A DNA stretch of 64,000 bases from Phyllobates terribilis (Eukaryota). Location: assembly GCF_046119375.1 (NCBI RefSeq), contig NW_027362767.1:284394001-284458000 (forward strand). The letters are read 5' to 3'. The translations under genes and the position numbers were made by a program. The notes beneath the pieces were generated by a model. It saw nothing but the letters and a program-made list of their open reading frames with translations. It ran no database searches and had not been told where the DNA came from. Shown in pieces: positions 11,721-26,548 of this stretch. Numbering within the stretch: position 1 is the stretch's first letter; each line of letters begins with the position of its first letter.

Positions 11721-14214
11721 TTAACAAATATGATTAAGATATATGATAGTTTGAATAGGTGGGTTATCTTATTAAGGTATACCATGCTGGACAAATTCTG
11801 AAGACTGATGAAAAAATACAGTTTCAGAAGAATAGCTTCATTGTACAGTATAAGTTATAGAACTTCTGTTCTTGTAGGGATTGATCAGCAGTTTCGCCTG
11901 TCCAATCCTTGTACACATGTGTCACCAGTACAGATTTACTTTGTATATATTTTTTTATATAGCTGTACGCATTATAAATTCATGAAAATTATACAAATTG
12001 TTCCTTTCTCGACCATGAACCATAGCCAATAGGAAAAACAATGGTACGCGTTACTCTGGGTGTTTAGCATGTATGAATAGGTTCTACTCCATATCAAACC
12101 AAAGATAAAGAACTCGACACATCACCATTTATAATGAAAAAAATGTATTACTAGGTGATTCCAAACAAAAATAACGTTTCAGTCCGCTATCTGGACTTTT
12201 GTCTGAGAAACTTAGGCATGAAGAACAAAAAATGCAAAAAAACTGTATATAATACAAAGCAGAAAAATGCTCAATAATCCACAAAATATATTTGAAGCAA
12301 TAATCGCCACAAGTATATGACACACAAAAATGTCTTAATGCAGCTTGTTGTTGCAAAGTTACTGAGTTCTACAAGTCATTGTGCAAAATTCTTAATGGAA
12401 TAATGAAGAAAAGAAAGATGAAAAATATTGCCTCACCGAAGAGCAAAGTACAGAGGAGAAACATATATAATGATACATTGCTAACTACATTTCTTGCATT
12501 ATAGCACTTTTTAAATGTTCCATATAGGTAGGAAAGAAATTGAGGGGCGCCTTCATTTGTGATAAGCAGACAGATAATCCACATCGGAAGAGAGAGGAAG
12601 CAATAAAATGAGAAGCATACAGTATTAGAAAATCTAACATGTTTACCGGATTGTTCAAGAAAACAAGGAAAATGCAATTAATTAGAAGAAGGCCACAAGA
12701 GCAATAATGAGGATGACCTCTGAATCTTCTGAACTTCACAGGTACCCGTGAATTTGAAGGGAATCTGTGACCCCCTTGGACGTACCTAAGATATTAATAT
12801 GGGCATAGAGGTTCTAGAATACTTAAAATAGTCATACCTCTATGCCTTATATCTGCAGTCTTGTTCTTTAGCAATCATCTTTTAATCCTGTGTTCTTCCA
12901 GGTTTTGGGGCGTGTGGTGCCTCGAAGGAAACTTGGCCTCCAGTCTTCATTTGTGTGCCTCTCGCCTCCCCTCAGCATCCCAGGGCCCTGTGACATCATG
13001 TGGTTGTCCCTCATCTGCGCCCCTGCGATTGCTATATTCAACTTTACTTTTCTGCCCTTCTATGGGCATTGGCTTCTTGTTTCTTCTGCGCAGGCAAAAA
13101 TATGAAATACCAAAAAACACGATAAAAACACATGTAAAAAAATACTCAAAAAATCAATGAAAAAAATAAAAGTAACCTAATTTACCTAATCTGCAACATC
13201 AAATACTCACCATATACTCATCCTAGGAACTTTGCTTAATACAGCTGTGTTTGCATTAAAGTGCTCAAAAAGTGTTCAGTACAGTCCTAATGAATCTCAG
13301 AGTGCTATACACATATTTTCCGTGCAGTTAAAGGCTTTTCAGAATTACGATACGTGTCAAATCAAGTTTTTCAGGGAAGAATCGGTGAAGGTGGCGTATT
13401 TGAATTTCAAATGATTCGCTTATCTCTAATCAGAGCTTTTATAAAAAAAGATCCATTTCTTTTTTTATTTGACTGTAGATGGAGGTATATTAGGGTTTAT
13501 TTTTTACATGATGTGATTTGAAATGGTATCATTTTCGGGTACATACAACTTTTTAATAGCTTGGTATTCAATTTTCTGAGCAGGAAAGATGACCAAAAAT
13601 GCTATTCTCTAATTTAGATTTTTTTGCCTCATTTACCATACAGGCTAAATAATTTATTCATTTGAATGACTTGACATTTATGAGGTGCAGCAATGCCAAA
13701 GATGCTTCAAATTTTTAATATTTGTAGTCTAAATTTTTAAATTAAGTAAAGGGACTAATTATTATTAGTTTTTTTACAATTTTTCAATTATTATTTTACC
13801 TTTATTTTCAAATGTTATATCCCTCCCCCCAAGGCTTTTGAACCTCCAATTGTTAGATCAGTTGTAAAATGTAGAATGTATTGTCAGTTTACCAATCTCC
13901 CATGAAGCCCAGCTGCAGGCCACAGGCTGTGCTTCATAGGCACACCAAGTTGATGTTGCATTGTGTCTCTTCACTTAAATGTCATTGTCAGATTTTAACA
14001 GCAGCATCTAAGTATTTAAAGTGAATCTGTCAGTAATATTAACCCACCAAAAATACATGTATGGGCATGAAGGTCTTTGAAAGTTAAATCCATTGCCACC
14101 TTTAGGCTATGTGTGCACGATCAGGATTTGAAGCAGAAATTTCCTGAGCATTTCTGCATCTCTTTGGCAGGAAAAATGCTCTGGGAATAAAGTTATTTGG
14201 TGGGACATTGCTTA

Positions 14215-14850
14215 AACCCTTGGATTACCGTCAGAACTGGGGTGAGTTTATTGGTTAATTTAAATGATTAAATAATGTGTCTGTTGTATTTCAAATAAAG
14301 TGTTTGCTCTGTGTCTGTGTGTTTATTTAACTCTTTACTTTAATTAGGTTTGGTCATGAAAACGTTTGATTGACACCTTTCCATCACCAAATAAAAGAGC
14401 TAGATGTCAGCTAATCCCATTCACACAATCTTCATTAGCATTTTTATTCATGTAATGTAGGCGGCAGTAGTGAGCTGCTATATTTAGCCTGGGAAGGTGC
14501 CATTTGCAAACATGTTCCCTGGCTATAATTAACAGCTCACAGCTGGTTCGTTAGCTGCGTTAGCTGCTTTAGCTGATTAGCACTCTTGGATTACCATAAG
14601 AACTGGGGTGAGTATATTGGTTCATTTAAATGATCAAAGAATGGGTCTGTTGTATTTCAAATAAAGTGTTTACACTGTGTCTGTGTGCTTCTTTACTTTG
14701 TTTGGTCATGAAAAGGTCTGATTGACACCTTGACATAACCAAACAAAAGAGCTGGGTGTCAGCTATTCCCATTCATCCAATCTTCATTAGCATTTCTATT
14801 CATGTAATTTATGCTTCACAGCTGGTTCGTTAGCTGCTTTGTCCCCCCGA
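14215..14850. repeat. Diverged tandem duplication (~365-bp period) within an unclassified repeat
   Basis: TTGGATTACC...GAACTGGGGTGAGT...TCAAATAAAGTGTTT...GGTCATGAAAA...CTTCATTAGCATT occurs twice. Confidence 0.75.
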
Positions 14851-16191
14851 TTAGCACTCAGCAGCGCTTTGGATGCAGCGTATTTTTGTTGCGTCCAAAA
14901 CGCTGTGTTCTAATGCCCCACTTTTGTTGTCGGTAAATGTGAATCCATCGCATATAATGACACTTCAATTGGTCAAAATCTGCAGTGGAGACTAGCGTGT
15001 CCGCTACAGAAATTGACATGCTGCGGGTGAGTTTGGGTATGTGGCCAAGGTCAGGAGCCGCTGCATGTTTCACACTGCGTGTTTATACAGCATCAAACCC
15101 GCAGCGTCCAGATGTTACAGCATAGTGGATGGGATCTCAAGAAATCCCATGTCCACTATGCATGCATCAGAGGCTGCAAATCACCCGTGGACATTGAAAA
15201 GTGGCGTGTCTTTCAGGACCACAGCATGTCAAATTCTCTTGCGGAGTTGCTAGTCTCCACAACAGAAATTTGACCACTAGAATGTATTGAATGCGGTAAA
15301 TCTGCATGGTTCAGAGAACACATATGGATTTACCTGCGCTCAATAGAACGCAGCGTTTTGGATACAGCAAAAATAAGCATCCAAAGCGCTGCTAAGTCTA
15401 AGTCTAAAATAAAAAAAAAATGGAGTGGGCTCCCATGTCATTTTTATAACCAGCAGAGGGAAAGCCGACCACTGGGGGCTGATATTAGAAGGCGGGGAAA
15501 GCGGCCATTAGGCAACAATGTTTCTTGGCTATTAATATCAGCCCCTAACTGTTTGTTTAGACTTTACTGGCTACATTACAGGGGGACTCCATAAAAAAAC
15601 TTTACATGGGGTCCCCCATAAAATCTAACCAGAAATGGCTAAACAGACAGCTGCGGGCTGATATTAATAGCCAGGGAAGGGGCCATGAATACTAGCCCCC
15701 TCCACGGCTATTAATATCACCCCTCAGCAGTCCCAGAAATGGTGCATCCATAAGATGCGCCAAATCTGGTGCTTAGCCTCCCCTTTTCCCACTGCCCTGT
15801 AGTGGTGGCGAGTGGGGAACTGTGGTTGGGGTTCACGTCAGCCTTGTATTGGCTGGTGACGTGAAGCCCAGGTTACTAATGGAGGGAGTCTATAAGACGC
15901 CCCCATTACTAACTGCGTAGTAAAATGGTCGCCGCTTTTTCAATAACTACACGGCCAGAATAAAGTATTTTAAAAAACACCCGTTTTTTTTTATTTTTTT
16001 TATTGTACTGGGGGAAGCCAATGATCTTCTGAAAAAAAAAGTAAAAAAAACAAACAACCTTATTCCTCACCTGTCCGCCATCATGACGCAGTCCACGCAC
16101 CACCAACACTTGTCCCACGGCGATCCAGGTCACTTATACAGCAGTGACATTACCAATCACTGATGTCACTGCTGTAGAAGACAGCAATGTA

Positions 16192-16399
16192 CACACGTGG
16201 TCAAAATTGTTGGTACCCCCCGTTTAATGAATGAAAAACCCACAATAATCACAGAAATAACTTGAATCTGACAAAAAAAATAATATATTAAAAATCTATG
16301 AAAATGAACAAATGAAAGTCAGACATTGCTTTTCAAAGCGGCTTCCACAGAATTTAAAAAAAAATTAAACTCATGAAATAGGCCTGGACAGAAATGATG
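16192..16399. mobile_element. Truncated Tc1-type terminal repeat
   Basis: TA followed by CACACGTGGTCAAAATTGTTGGTACCCC; no partner end visible. Confidence 0.55.
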
Positions 16400-16543
16400 T
16401 GACAAAAGGGTCATGTGAAATCCTTTGAAAACCATCCTTTGTCCGGCTTTCTTTCTTATTTTAATAAATAAATGAAAAAAAAAGATTTTTCTGGATTTGG
16501 GTTAGGTTGTGCATATATGCATACATGCATGCATTTGCATGTA

Positions 16544-18121
<1,578 letters not shown>

Positions 18122-18591
18122 TATGTGTTGCACAATTAAGGTCTTGGTGCTTTGGTTTTATTGAGCATTTATCATTTCAGTTCAGCTGCCCAATTTTTCA
18201 CTATCATTATATCCATACAATATTATTTAATGGTTGGTGCATTATCAGTCTCATTATTTATTTTTTCATTCATTTATTTTATCTTTTTCATTAATTTTTC
18301 ATCTTTTATTATTTTTGATTTCTAATTATTTTTATTTTTTAATTTAATTTATTTTTCATTATTATTTTTTCAATATATTGGTATATGTACAGGTTCACTA
18401 TTTACATATATATGCAACTGCACTATTACACACTACGCGGCATATGCATGTGTATATTCATGTATGCATATGTATATGCATAATGTTTTGCATGTTAGCA
18501 TCAATCACACCCAATTTTTATTATTTATTTATGTTTTCTCCCATCACACATTCTATATATTTAAGTATATATGTATGTGTATATTTTATAT

Positions 18592-18595
<4 letters not shown>

Positions 18596-18635
<40 letters not shown>
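18596..18635. repeat. (TA)n microsatellite
   Basis: ~20 TA units. Confidence 0.95.
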
Positions 18636-18638
<3 letters not shown>

Positions 18639-19467
18639 TGTATATATTTCATATATACTAACAAAAAAAAAAATCTTGTCCTTCACACTTTTCATATTCA
18701 TCTCACACTCATTTTATTTATTCCACCAACACATTTTTTATTTTTTTCATTTTTTACTATTTCATTACATTTCATTCTCACTTTTTATTTCACATTTCTT
18801 ATATTCATATATTTTTTCAATTATTTTTTATATTGTATCTCACTGAGTGCATATATTTATATATTAAATTATTTTTTCACTCACCTTTCACTTTTGCATA
18901 TATATTTTTCACATATATGTGTGTGTACACACCTCACCATATATATTTTTTTTTTCACTCCCCCCCTTTTTTTGTTTTTCATGTCGTTTTCCTTATTTCA
19001 TTCTCCCTTTTTTCACTTTCCACTCCTCTTATTTTTCATTCTATCTCATACTTTCCTCTTTTCATGCTTTTTATCATCACTTTCTTTATGGTTTTCCTAA
19101 TCCTTATGTTCTCTATGGGCAATTCCTCCCTTTTCCAATATGGCTGTTATAATACTGTGCCGCTTTGAATTTGGGGCTTCTCTTTATACTTATTGGCATC
19201 CACCTTTTTTCCCCTTCTTAACATGGCTGTGGCAGTGTTGAGCGCCGCTCTGCGCATGCGCTCTGCCGTCCAGCATCTTGGTTGACCTGGATACCACGTC
19301 GCCAACTGTGAGCAGCGCCACACTTGGTGATGTGTTTCCCGGACTTCCGGTACACGGACTGGCGGCGCTTGCGGTAGTTGCGTGCCATGTAACTATAGTG
19401 TTGCCTAATTGCAAAGTATGTTCAGCTGTGTGGGGCCTTTATATTCCTTCCCAGATCCCCTCCACTT

Positions 19468-19507
19468 CACTCCCTGACGAAGCGAGAGCAAAACGCACGT
19501 TGGAGTG
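19468..19507 (+). ncRNA. Minimal type I hammerhead ribozyme with G12>A
   Basis: Stem I CACTCC/GGAGTG; CTGACGA; A-GC-GAGA-GC; aAAAC in place of GAAAC; AC-GCAC-GT stem III; GTT triplet. Confidence 0.7.
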
Positions 19508-22270
19508 GTGTGAGGGGATCTGCGGTGGGTCCAGTTTTGGGGAATTTTGTACCCTTCATTATTCTTTTGATTGGCCATCATCTCTACGTGCAATTTTGGT
19601 ATAAATTCCACTTGGAATATATCTATATATTTTATTGTTGACCACATACACCCATTTATTATATATCTATGGTCCATAAACTTATTTATAGTTACATAAA
19701 GCACTTTGCACTTTCTAGCAATTTGTTATAATATTACGCATTTATATTTATTTATGGTTTATAGACCTACCTTGGTTGCTAAAGCACTTTGCACTTTTTG
19801 ATTATATTATCTATTATCATGATTTATTAAATTGATGTATTATAAGATCATGCATTGTGTATAGATATTTATATTGCAACTATTTTAGCACAAATAATTA
19901 ATTAATTATTTTTGCACATTGCACTTCAACAAGGACTTATGTAATATTATTATGTGCTGTTTTTTTTGCATGTTGGCCTATATTTATGACATTCATGGAT
20001 ACACCCAGATCTCCTCCATTTTTATATCTTGTGTTTTTATCATTGTGGTTTTATTTTGTGCTGTGTAGTCTTGTATTAATAAATTGATTTTTTCATCTAT
20101 TCTGGTCTCAGAATGCATTTTTTGGTGTTCCTTTGATTTTTGCATTCTTTGACAATTATATATGGTTTATTTGTGGTATTTCCTTTTTGTATGGGTTTTT
20201 TCTTTTATGTAGGTATTAACTGATAACTTTCGGTAAGAAATCCTGGCAATGGAGGAAAACTCTCAAATAATTTTTCACTTTTAATCAGGCATGGAAATAT
20301 TTTTGCTGGATTGTCAAAATGTTGAGCCCAAATAACAATTACTGTAATATTAGTACATTTAAAATTCAAATCATACATATTATTCATATCCAGTTTTTTA
20401 TATAAAATGGTCAAGATATCATAGAAGAAGATAAGAAATGTTCCGATACTGTAATACATTGAGTATATAGTACATGCAGTACAAACGTATAGTAGATGCT
20501 TTTAAGAAAAACAGAGATATGGTCATGTACACATCCTAGGAAATCATAGAAAGATAGTGATTGTGACTCCACAGAGTGTCTTGCAATTTAGCTGAGCCAT
20601 CAGTTTTTGCAGATTAATTGCCCGCAACCATAACAGGAAGGTGCCCATGTGAATATGGCCTTAGGTGCTGCCTGCTGATACTGCTTGACTGAATTACACA
20701 ACAAATGCAGGATTCTGAAATCACCTGACTATAGAAGTCACGGCCAATAACTGTGTGCAGCAGGTGTATTAAGGAGCATCGTGGAGGCAGCAACTGTCCT
20801 ACTGCACCACATGGAGCGTCGGCTCAAGAAATGACTCCGTAAGCAGAACTGCAATTTCTAGAAAAATTAAACCTGTGTTACTGTTTTAAAGTAAAGCCAT
20901 TTACAAATGTAATTATGTGACATGCAATAGGATAGTCGGAAACATAGTGGAATGTAAAAGTTGAGAAGAATTGTAAGAACTACTATTCATTCCCAACAAT
21001 TTAAAGGAGTCAGACTATAAATGCACGTTATCACCTATCTACAGGATATCCCAGCTCTCTGACTCCCAGCAATCAGCAAGTTTTCCTATGATGCTTAATT
21101 TTATGGCCAAACCCCTTTAAAACTATAATCTTTAAACATTACATATATACATTATGTGTTTCTTTATTCCAGGTTTATTTGTTAGCTCAACATTTTAATC
21201 AGTTGTTTCTAAGAAAGTTCTACAAGCTCTCTGCTATTTGATTAATTTCATGTCTTTTTTCATAGGTATCCTAATCATATCATTCATAACCTTAAACATA
21301 AGTCTAAAAGATTTCTATGATCTTTCAAAGATATGTGATTGATTTATTATACAACTTTGTGCAAACAGTGGAAAATGGAGAAATTGGTTTCAATTTTTTG
21401 GTTGCCTCTATGTATGTTATATACATTTTGCTGTGGTTATTTTGCTGTAACTAATTTTTTTTTATTTTTTTTATTTTTTACATTTGTCTCACAAAATTCT
21501 TTTTATTGTGTAGTTTTTACTGTAATTGGATAACCCATAGTAAGCCCAATAATGGTCGGAGGTGGGGAAGGAGACAGATGCTTAGGATATGTGCTCATAA
21601 AGTTTTTTTTGAGCAATCAAAAATGACTAGCTTTTCCAGCAGACATTGCTTCAAGAAACACTCCTTCCAGGCAATTTTTATTCCTGAATTTTTTTGTTAC
21701 CGTTTTGTTAATGTGTTTCTGGAGCATTTTCCGTAAATATTTTGTAATCTTTTTTTTAATTGTGTTTTTAAGTAATTTTTTTGTGGACAATTTTCTCATG
21801 GTTTTGGAAATATATCCCAGTGGAGGATGGACTATCCAACATCGCTATATAAACTCCACCCAAATACCAATTCATTTTCTGCAGAATTTGGAGCACATTG
21901 TCTTTATTTTTTGGGGCTTTTTGGGTGGCAGTAATCTGTCTGAGAATTGTGCTCCTTATCTGCCTTTGGTGCAGGATCATCAGGGAAACACATCAGGGCT
22001 GGAAGAGTGTCGTCACCTCAGATTAGTATAAGGTTTTTTATAAACCTTGAGTATAAAGGGTCTATTTGAAAAATGTGTAAAAAACAACTTGAAGAGCCTG
22101 AAGGGACATGTATTTTCCTAGTAGCGGGTCTGTGACAAGTGACTCAGAGTTCCAGTTTAAGGCTGCTCTGATACTGGGAAAGATAAATCAGCATGGGGGC
22201 AGTAATTCTGTTCCTCATATTAGTTTGCATTAATACTATTTTTCTAAAAATAATAAAAAAAAGAACTTAA

Positions 22271-22728
22271 AGGGAAACCGTCACCAGAAAAAACGCTATT
22301 AACCTGCAGATATGATGGGATTAATCGGCGGGTTAATAGTGTTAATAACCTGCCCGGCACCTGCACTTAGCCGAACGTTAGCGTTCGTGTTTCATTCACT
22401 GGGGTGACAGCGGTGCCGGTCCAGTCACTGTTCTGAGTATAGACAGTGGAGGCTGTAACTGCGCCCCTGGCCATGATTGACACTCGCTTTGTATTGGGGA
22501 CGACTGTCAGTCAGTGCCGGGGGCACGGTTACAGTCGCCCTTCTGTATTCTCAGAGAAGTGACTTTGACTTAACCCGCACCAGCTCCGCCCCCATGACTG
22601 AATCCGAAACGCTGCCGGGGAGAATAAAGTTCACTTTCTCCCTGCAGCGTTCGGCTACCTGCAGGCGCCGGGCAGGTTAGTAATGCTATAACCTGCAGAT
22701 TAACCCCATATCTGGTGATAGGTTGCCT
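22271..22728. mobile_element. TTAA-flanked MITE (T2/Kolobok-like)
   Basis: TTAA at 22267-22270 and 22729-22732; TIR AGGGAAACCGTCACCAGA / TCTGGTGATAGGTTGCCT; further internal inverted blocks. Confidence 0.8.
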
Positions 22729-23505
22729 TTAAATTAAATCATTTCCTAAACTTTGAGGTGAAAGTAAGTACTCTGTAAAAGAATTAGAAAGTTTAAATAT
22801 ACATAAAAGATGTAACATGCTGCTACCTGTTTAACATCCTATGCAATGCTTCATAGTAATGCCATTAACTTGCGAATTTAGCACTACCTGATAAGGTAAC
22901 AAATGTGGCAAAATTTTAACAAAGTATCAAAATTTTATTAGCGATGCAAAAAATAAACAGTTGTGATCCTTGCTCTTCTGCGCAACAAAAATATTATTTG
23001 TAACTTGCAAAATAAGCATTTTAATCTGTGTTTAACTCGGCGTCTGCCTGCACCTCCTCTCCAGACTGTTTTCCAGAATTGTGCAGTCAGCAATGGAAAA
23101 CATCAGCAGGATTAAGTGTCATAGTAAAGCTTTGTGAAACCACAACAGATGAATGCGTGGTGCTGTGAAATGATTCGGGACTTAAACAGTCCAGCCAAGA
23201 GACAAGCAGGAAAATGGGATTTAACAGTGAGACGCTCTGCTGCCGGCATCCAGGCTCCTTATTGCTTATACATTTTTTATAAACATGAAGTTATTATTTT
23301 TAATGAACAAACATAAACAAAACGAGCTTCAGTTAATGCATACAATACATTGCAGATAGTTCATGGCGTGATACCACTGATTCCTATACTGTGGTAATGA
23401 TGCTGACGGTCTCTACTCCAGACCCAGTTGGTATATTTACTGCATAAATCCTATAGAATTTATTATGATCTGAAGCCATCAATTGTTTCCTATAGCTCTC
23501 CTTAA

Positions 23506-23970
23506 AGAATAAACGTAATTTTAATTATTATTTCATAAATGAATACTACACGTGGAAATAAGTAAATTTGCAATATATCTTATCAGAGAAATCTGCTTCT
23601 TTTTCCGCCTGGATTGATCTTTCATTCCCCATTTAAGGGTAAAATCTGTAAAATTTGTATTCAGTGAAGACAGATTTTCCCATTACTGAGATAGGAGATG
23701 CTAGTTGGATCCAAAGGCAGTCACAGACATTCTGCTACACATTTCCCTGTACATTTCTCCATAGAACTTTATGAGCACCAACTATCATCTCCTATCTCAG
23801 TAATGGAAAAGACTTTATTCACTGAAGACAACCTGTGAATTGAGAATTTTGACAATGAATTATCAGTCCAGGAGGAGAAAAAAGCAGATTTCTCTAATGA
23901 GATATATAATGTTTCTTATTTTTATGTGTAGTATTGATTTATGAAATAAAAATTAAAATTACTTTACTCT
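23506..23970. mobile_element. Near-fully palindromic TTAA MITE
   Basis: TTAA at 23502-23505 and 23971-23974; arms are inverted over most of their length (e.g. AAATCTGCTTCTTTT / AAAAAAGCAGATTT). Confidence 0.8.
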
Positions 23971-24782
23971 TTAAGAATTATTAAACAGTAGTAATGATGT
24001 AGCACTAAAATGCTTGAGTGCTCGTTTCTCGAATCAAGCAGGTCAGATTCTCGGACCCGCTCTAGTTGAATAATAAGTATAATGAAAGAGTGTTTTTCCG
24101 GCACAACCGAGCAGGAGGGCTGGGAAGGGGGGCAGGAAAATCGCTGAAATGGATGGAAACAGCATGGTAAAGATGCCTGGATGCATCTTTTGACTCCCAG
24201 GTCGCTACTGGGAAGTAAATAAATAAATAATCTAAAATAATGATGTGGATCTCCCCTATTTTTGATAACCAGCCAAGGTAAAGCAGACAGCTGGGGGCTG
24301 ATATTATCAGGCTGGGAAGGTCCCTTCACAGCCTAAAAATACTAGCCTGCAGCCACCCAAGAATTGGTGCATCCATTAGATCCCAGTTCTAATCCCAGCT
24401 CAATCAATTCATGATCCCAATTAGGATAAAAACAATGGAAACTCACCTCCTGCAGCGGCACTACTGTTCTTCGATAGTGGCGTGACTAAAGTCACATGCA
24501 GCCAATGAACAGCTGTGAATTGGCTGCAGCTCATCAATATTCTATTGGGGGAATATCCGCCTTGAAGAAGCAAATGCTGTTGCTGCTGAGAGACCACCCA
24601 TTGGCTGCAGCCGGCACCTGACACAACAAGTCATGTCACTCTCCGGCAACAGCGGCTCCAATATTGCTGGAACAGTGCCAACGCAAGAGGTGAGAATCTA
24701 TTGCTTTTATTTTAGAGTCATGAATTTAATAAACTAGGATTGTCCAATAGTGGACAACCCTTAGAATGACTTTAATAGTCAT

Positions 24783-25077
24783 TAGTGTTGAGCGAGTATG
24801 TTCTGTTAACCCTTTCGCCAAGTATGCTCGGGGCGAGCTCCGAGTATTTACAGCTGCTCGGTGATATGGTTGAATCACTCCCGTGTGCATGATTTGCAAT
24901 TGTTTGACAGCTTTATTACATGTGAGGAATGTGCAAGAAATAGACATTCCTCACATGTAGTAAAACTGTCAAACAGTCGCAAATCATGCACGGGAGCGAT
25001 TCAACCATATCACCGAGCAGCTGTAAATACTCAGAGCTCGGCCCGAGCATACTCGGACAGAACAACGCTCAACCCTA
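24783..25077. mobile_element. hAT-type palindromic MITE
   Basis: TIR TAGTGTTGAGCG / CGCTCAACCCTA; 8-bp TSD ATAGTCAT on both sides. Confidence 0.9.
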
Positions 25078-25681
25078 ATAGTCATTCTAAGATGCCATAT
25101 GCATAATCAGGGTCAAAGTTAGAGTTTATGCTGCTCTTTTTTGTGCTCACAATCTCTTTTGGTGAGTCAGACCCAGGGCTGGTTTTAGAAAGAGTGAGGC
25201 TATGGGCAAAAGTTAAAAGTGAGGCCTCAAATGCTAACATATTGCACCATCCCACACAAACATTGTTGCATTTATACAAGCTGATCTCAAACTCTTGAAT
25301 GACTGGCAATCGTCTATATTCGAGTCGTTCTGTACTTGTTTACAAGCCTCTTTACACAAACTGAGAAAGAATAGGTCATTTTGTACTAAAACAGTACCAT
25401 GTTATCGGCAGCACATGTCTTCTTTACACCAGGCGATGTGCTGCCAAGAACAATGATTTTTGTTCCAGCCAAATACAGCCAATTTCCTGATGAATGAGCA
25501 GCATTTTGCTTGTTCGCTGGGTAATTGACAGCTATGAACTCTTGTCTGCACTGCCAATATATATAAATGTAGATGCAACATATACACAGTCACTCCTTGT
25601 TACACAAACTGTATTTTACACACACATCAGTATATAACACACACATCATAAATAACCCATACATCAATATATAAAGTACAT

Positions 25682-25790
25682 GACTCCAAAGACATATTGG
25701 TAGAGAATATAGATTGTGAGCCCCATTGTGGACAGTGATGACGTCTCTAAAGCACTGTGGAAGTAATGGTGCTGCATAAGTGAGTAATAC
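25682..25790 (+). mobile_element. SINE 3' half (V-SINE-like family)
   Basis: TCCAAAGACATA...GATTGTGAGCCCCATTG.GGACAGTGATG matches the other SINE copies in the window. Confidence 0.65.
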
Positions 25791-25862
25791 AGTATACTGT
25801 ATATACTTATGACACAAATCAGTATATAACACACACCAGTATATCCAGTTGGAGCCATTGGG

Positions 25863-26378
25863 TGTAACATATGTACTGGTTTCTGCTTCGGCCACTAGAC
25901 GACACCGACACTTTTTTGCAGATGATGCTTGACAGCTTTAATCCCAGATTATTCCTGGGATTTATGGCTCTGGCTAGTCCAAAATTTACAGGGTTAATCC
26001 TCTTCGTTTGGGTTTCTATCTGTTGTCAGCACTGGGTGAGGCTGTTAGTATTTTAACACCTGAGAGCAAGTTCCCACTGCCAGTCAGTGTTTGTCCTTCC
26101 TGGCTTTACCGGTGTGCTGGGCATCTGGTGTTTCATCCTAATTTATTCCGTTTACTGACTAGCTATTTTATTGATGCTTCTCCTGTGTGAACCTGACCCG
26201 CTACCCGACTGTCCTTCTTGCCAGCCTGTGCCACCAAACAACAGCTGACTCTGTGTAAGTCTAGATGCCTATTCAGAGGTTAAGGGGTGAAACTGGGTTC
26301 TCAAGTAGCTTGCCCCAAGAGTGTTAGCGGTAGCCATTATGGAGCTGGAAGATGACTACGAACAGTGCTCACATGACA
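25863..26378. mobile_element. Solo LTR-like insertion within a SINE
   Basis: TGTAACA...CATGACA termini; imperfect 5-bp TSD TTGGG/ATGGG; splits the SINE motif CCATTGGGGCTCACAAT. Confidence 0.6.
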
Positions 26379-26548
26379 ATGGGGCTCACAATTTAAAATG
26401 TAAGTGTGTATTTGGAAACTAGCGCAAACATGAAAACATGGAAAGAACATACAAATTCCTTACAAATGTTGTCCTTAGTGTTACTGGAGACCAGAACCCC
26501 AGCGCTGCAAGGCTACAATGCTTAAGACTAAGCCACCATGCTGCCCAC
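26379..26548 (-). mobile_element. SINE 5' portion (V-SINE-like)
   Basis: GGGGCTCACAAT...GAACATACAAA.TCCTT..AAATGTTGTCCTT...AGCCACCATGCTGCCC. Confidence 0.65.

Noticed and set aside
18378-19100. 240-aa ORF and overlapping F/I/Y-rich ORFs
   Set aside because: Product of T-rich low-complexity sequence and a (TA)n microsatellite; no domain features
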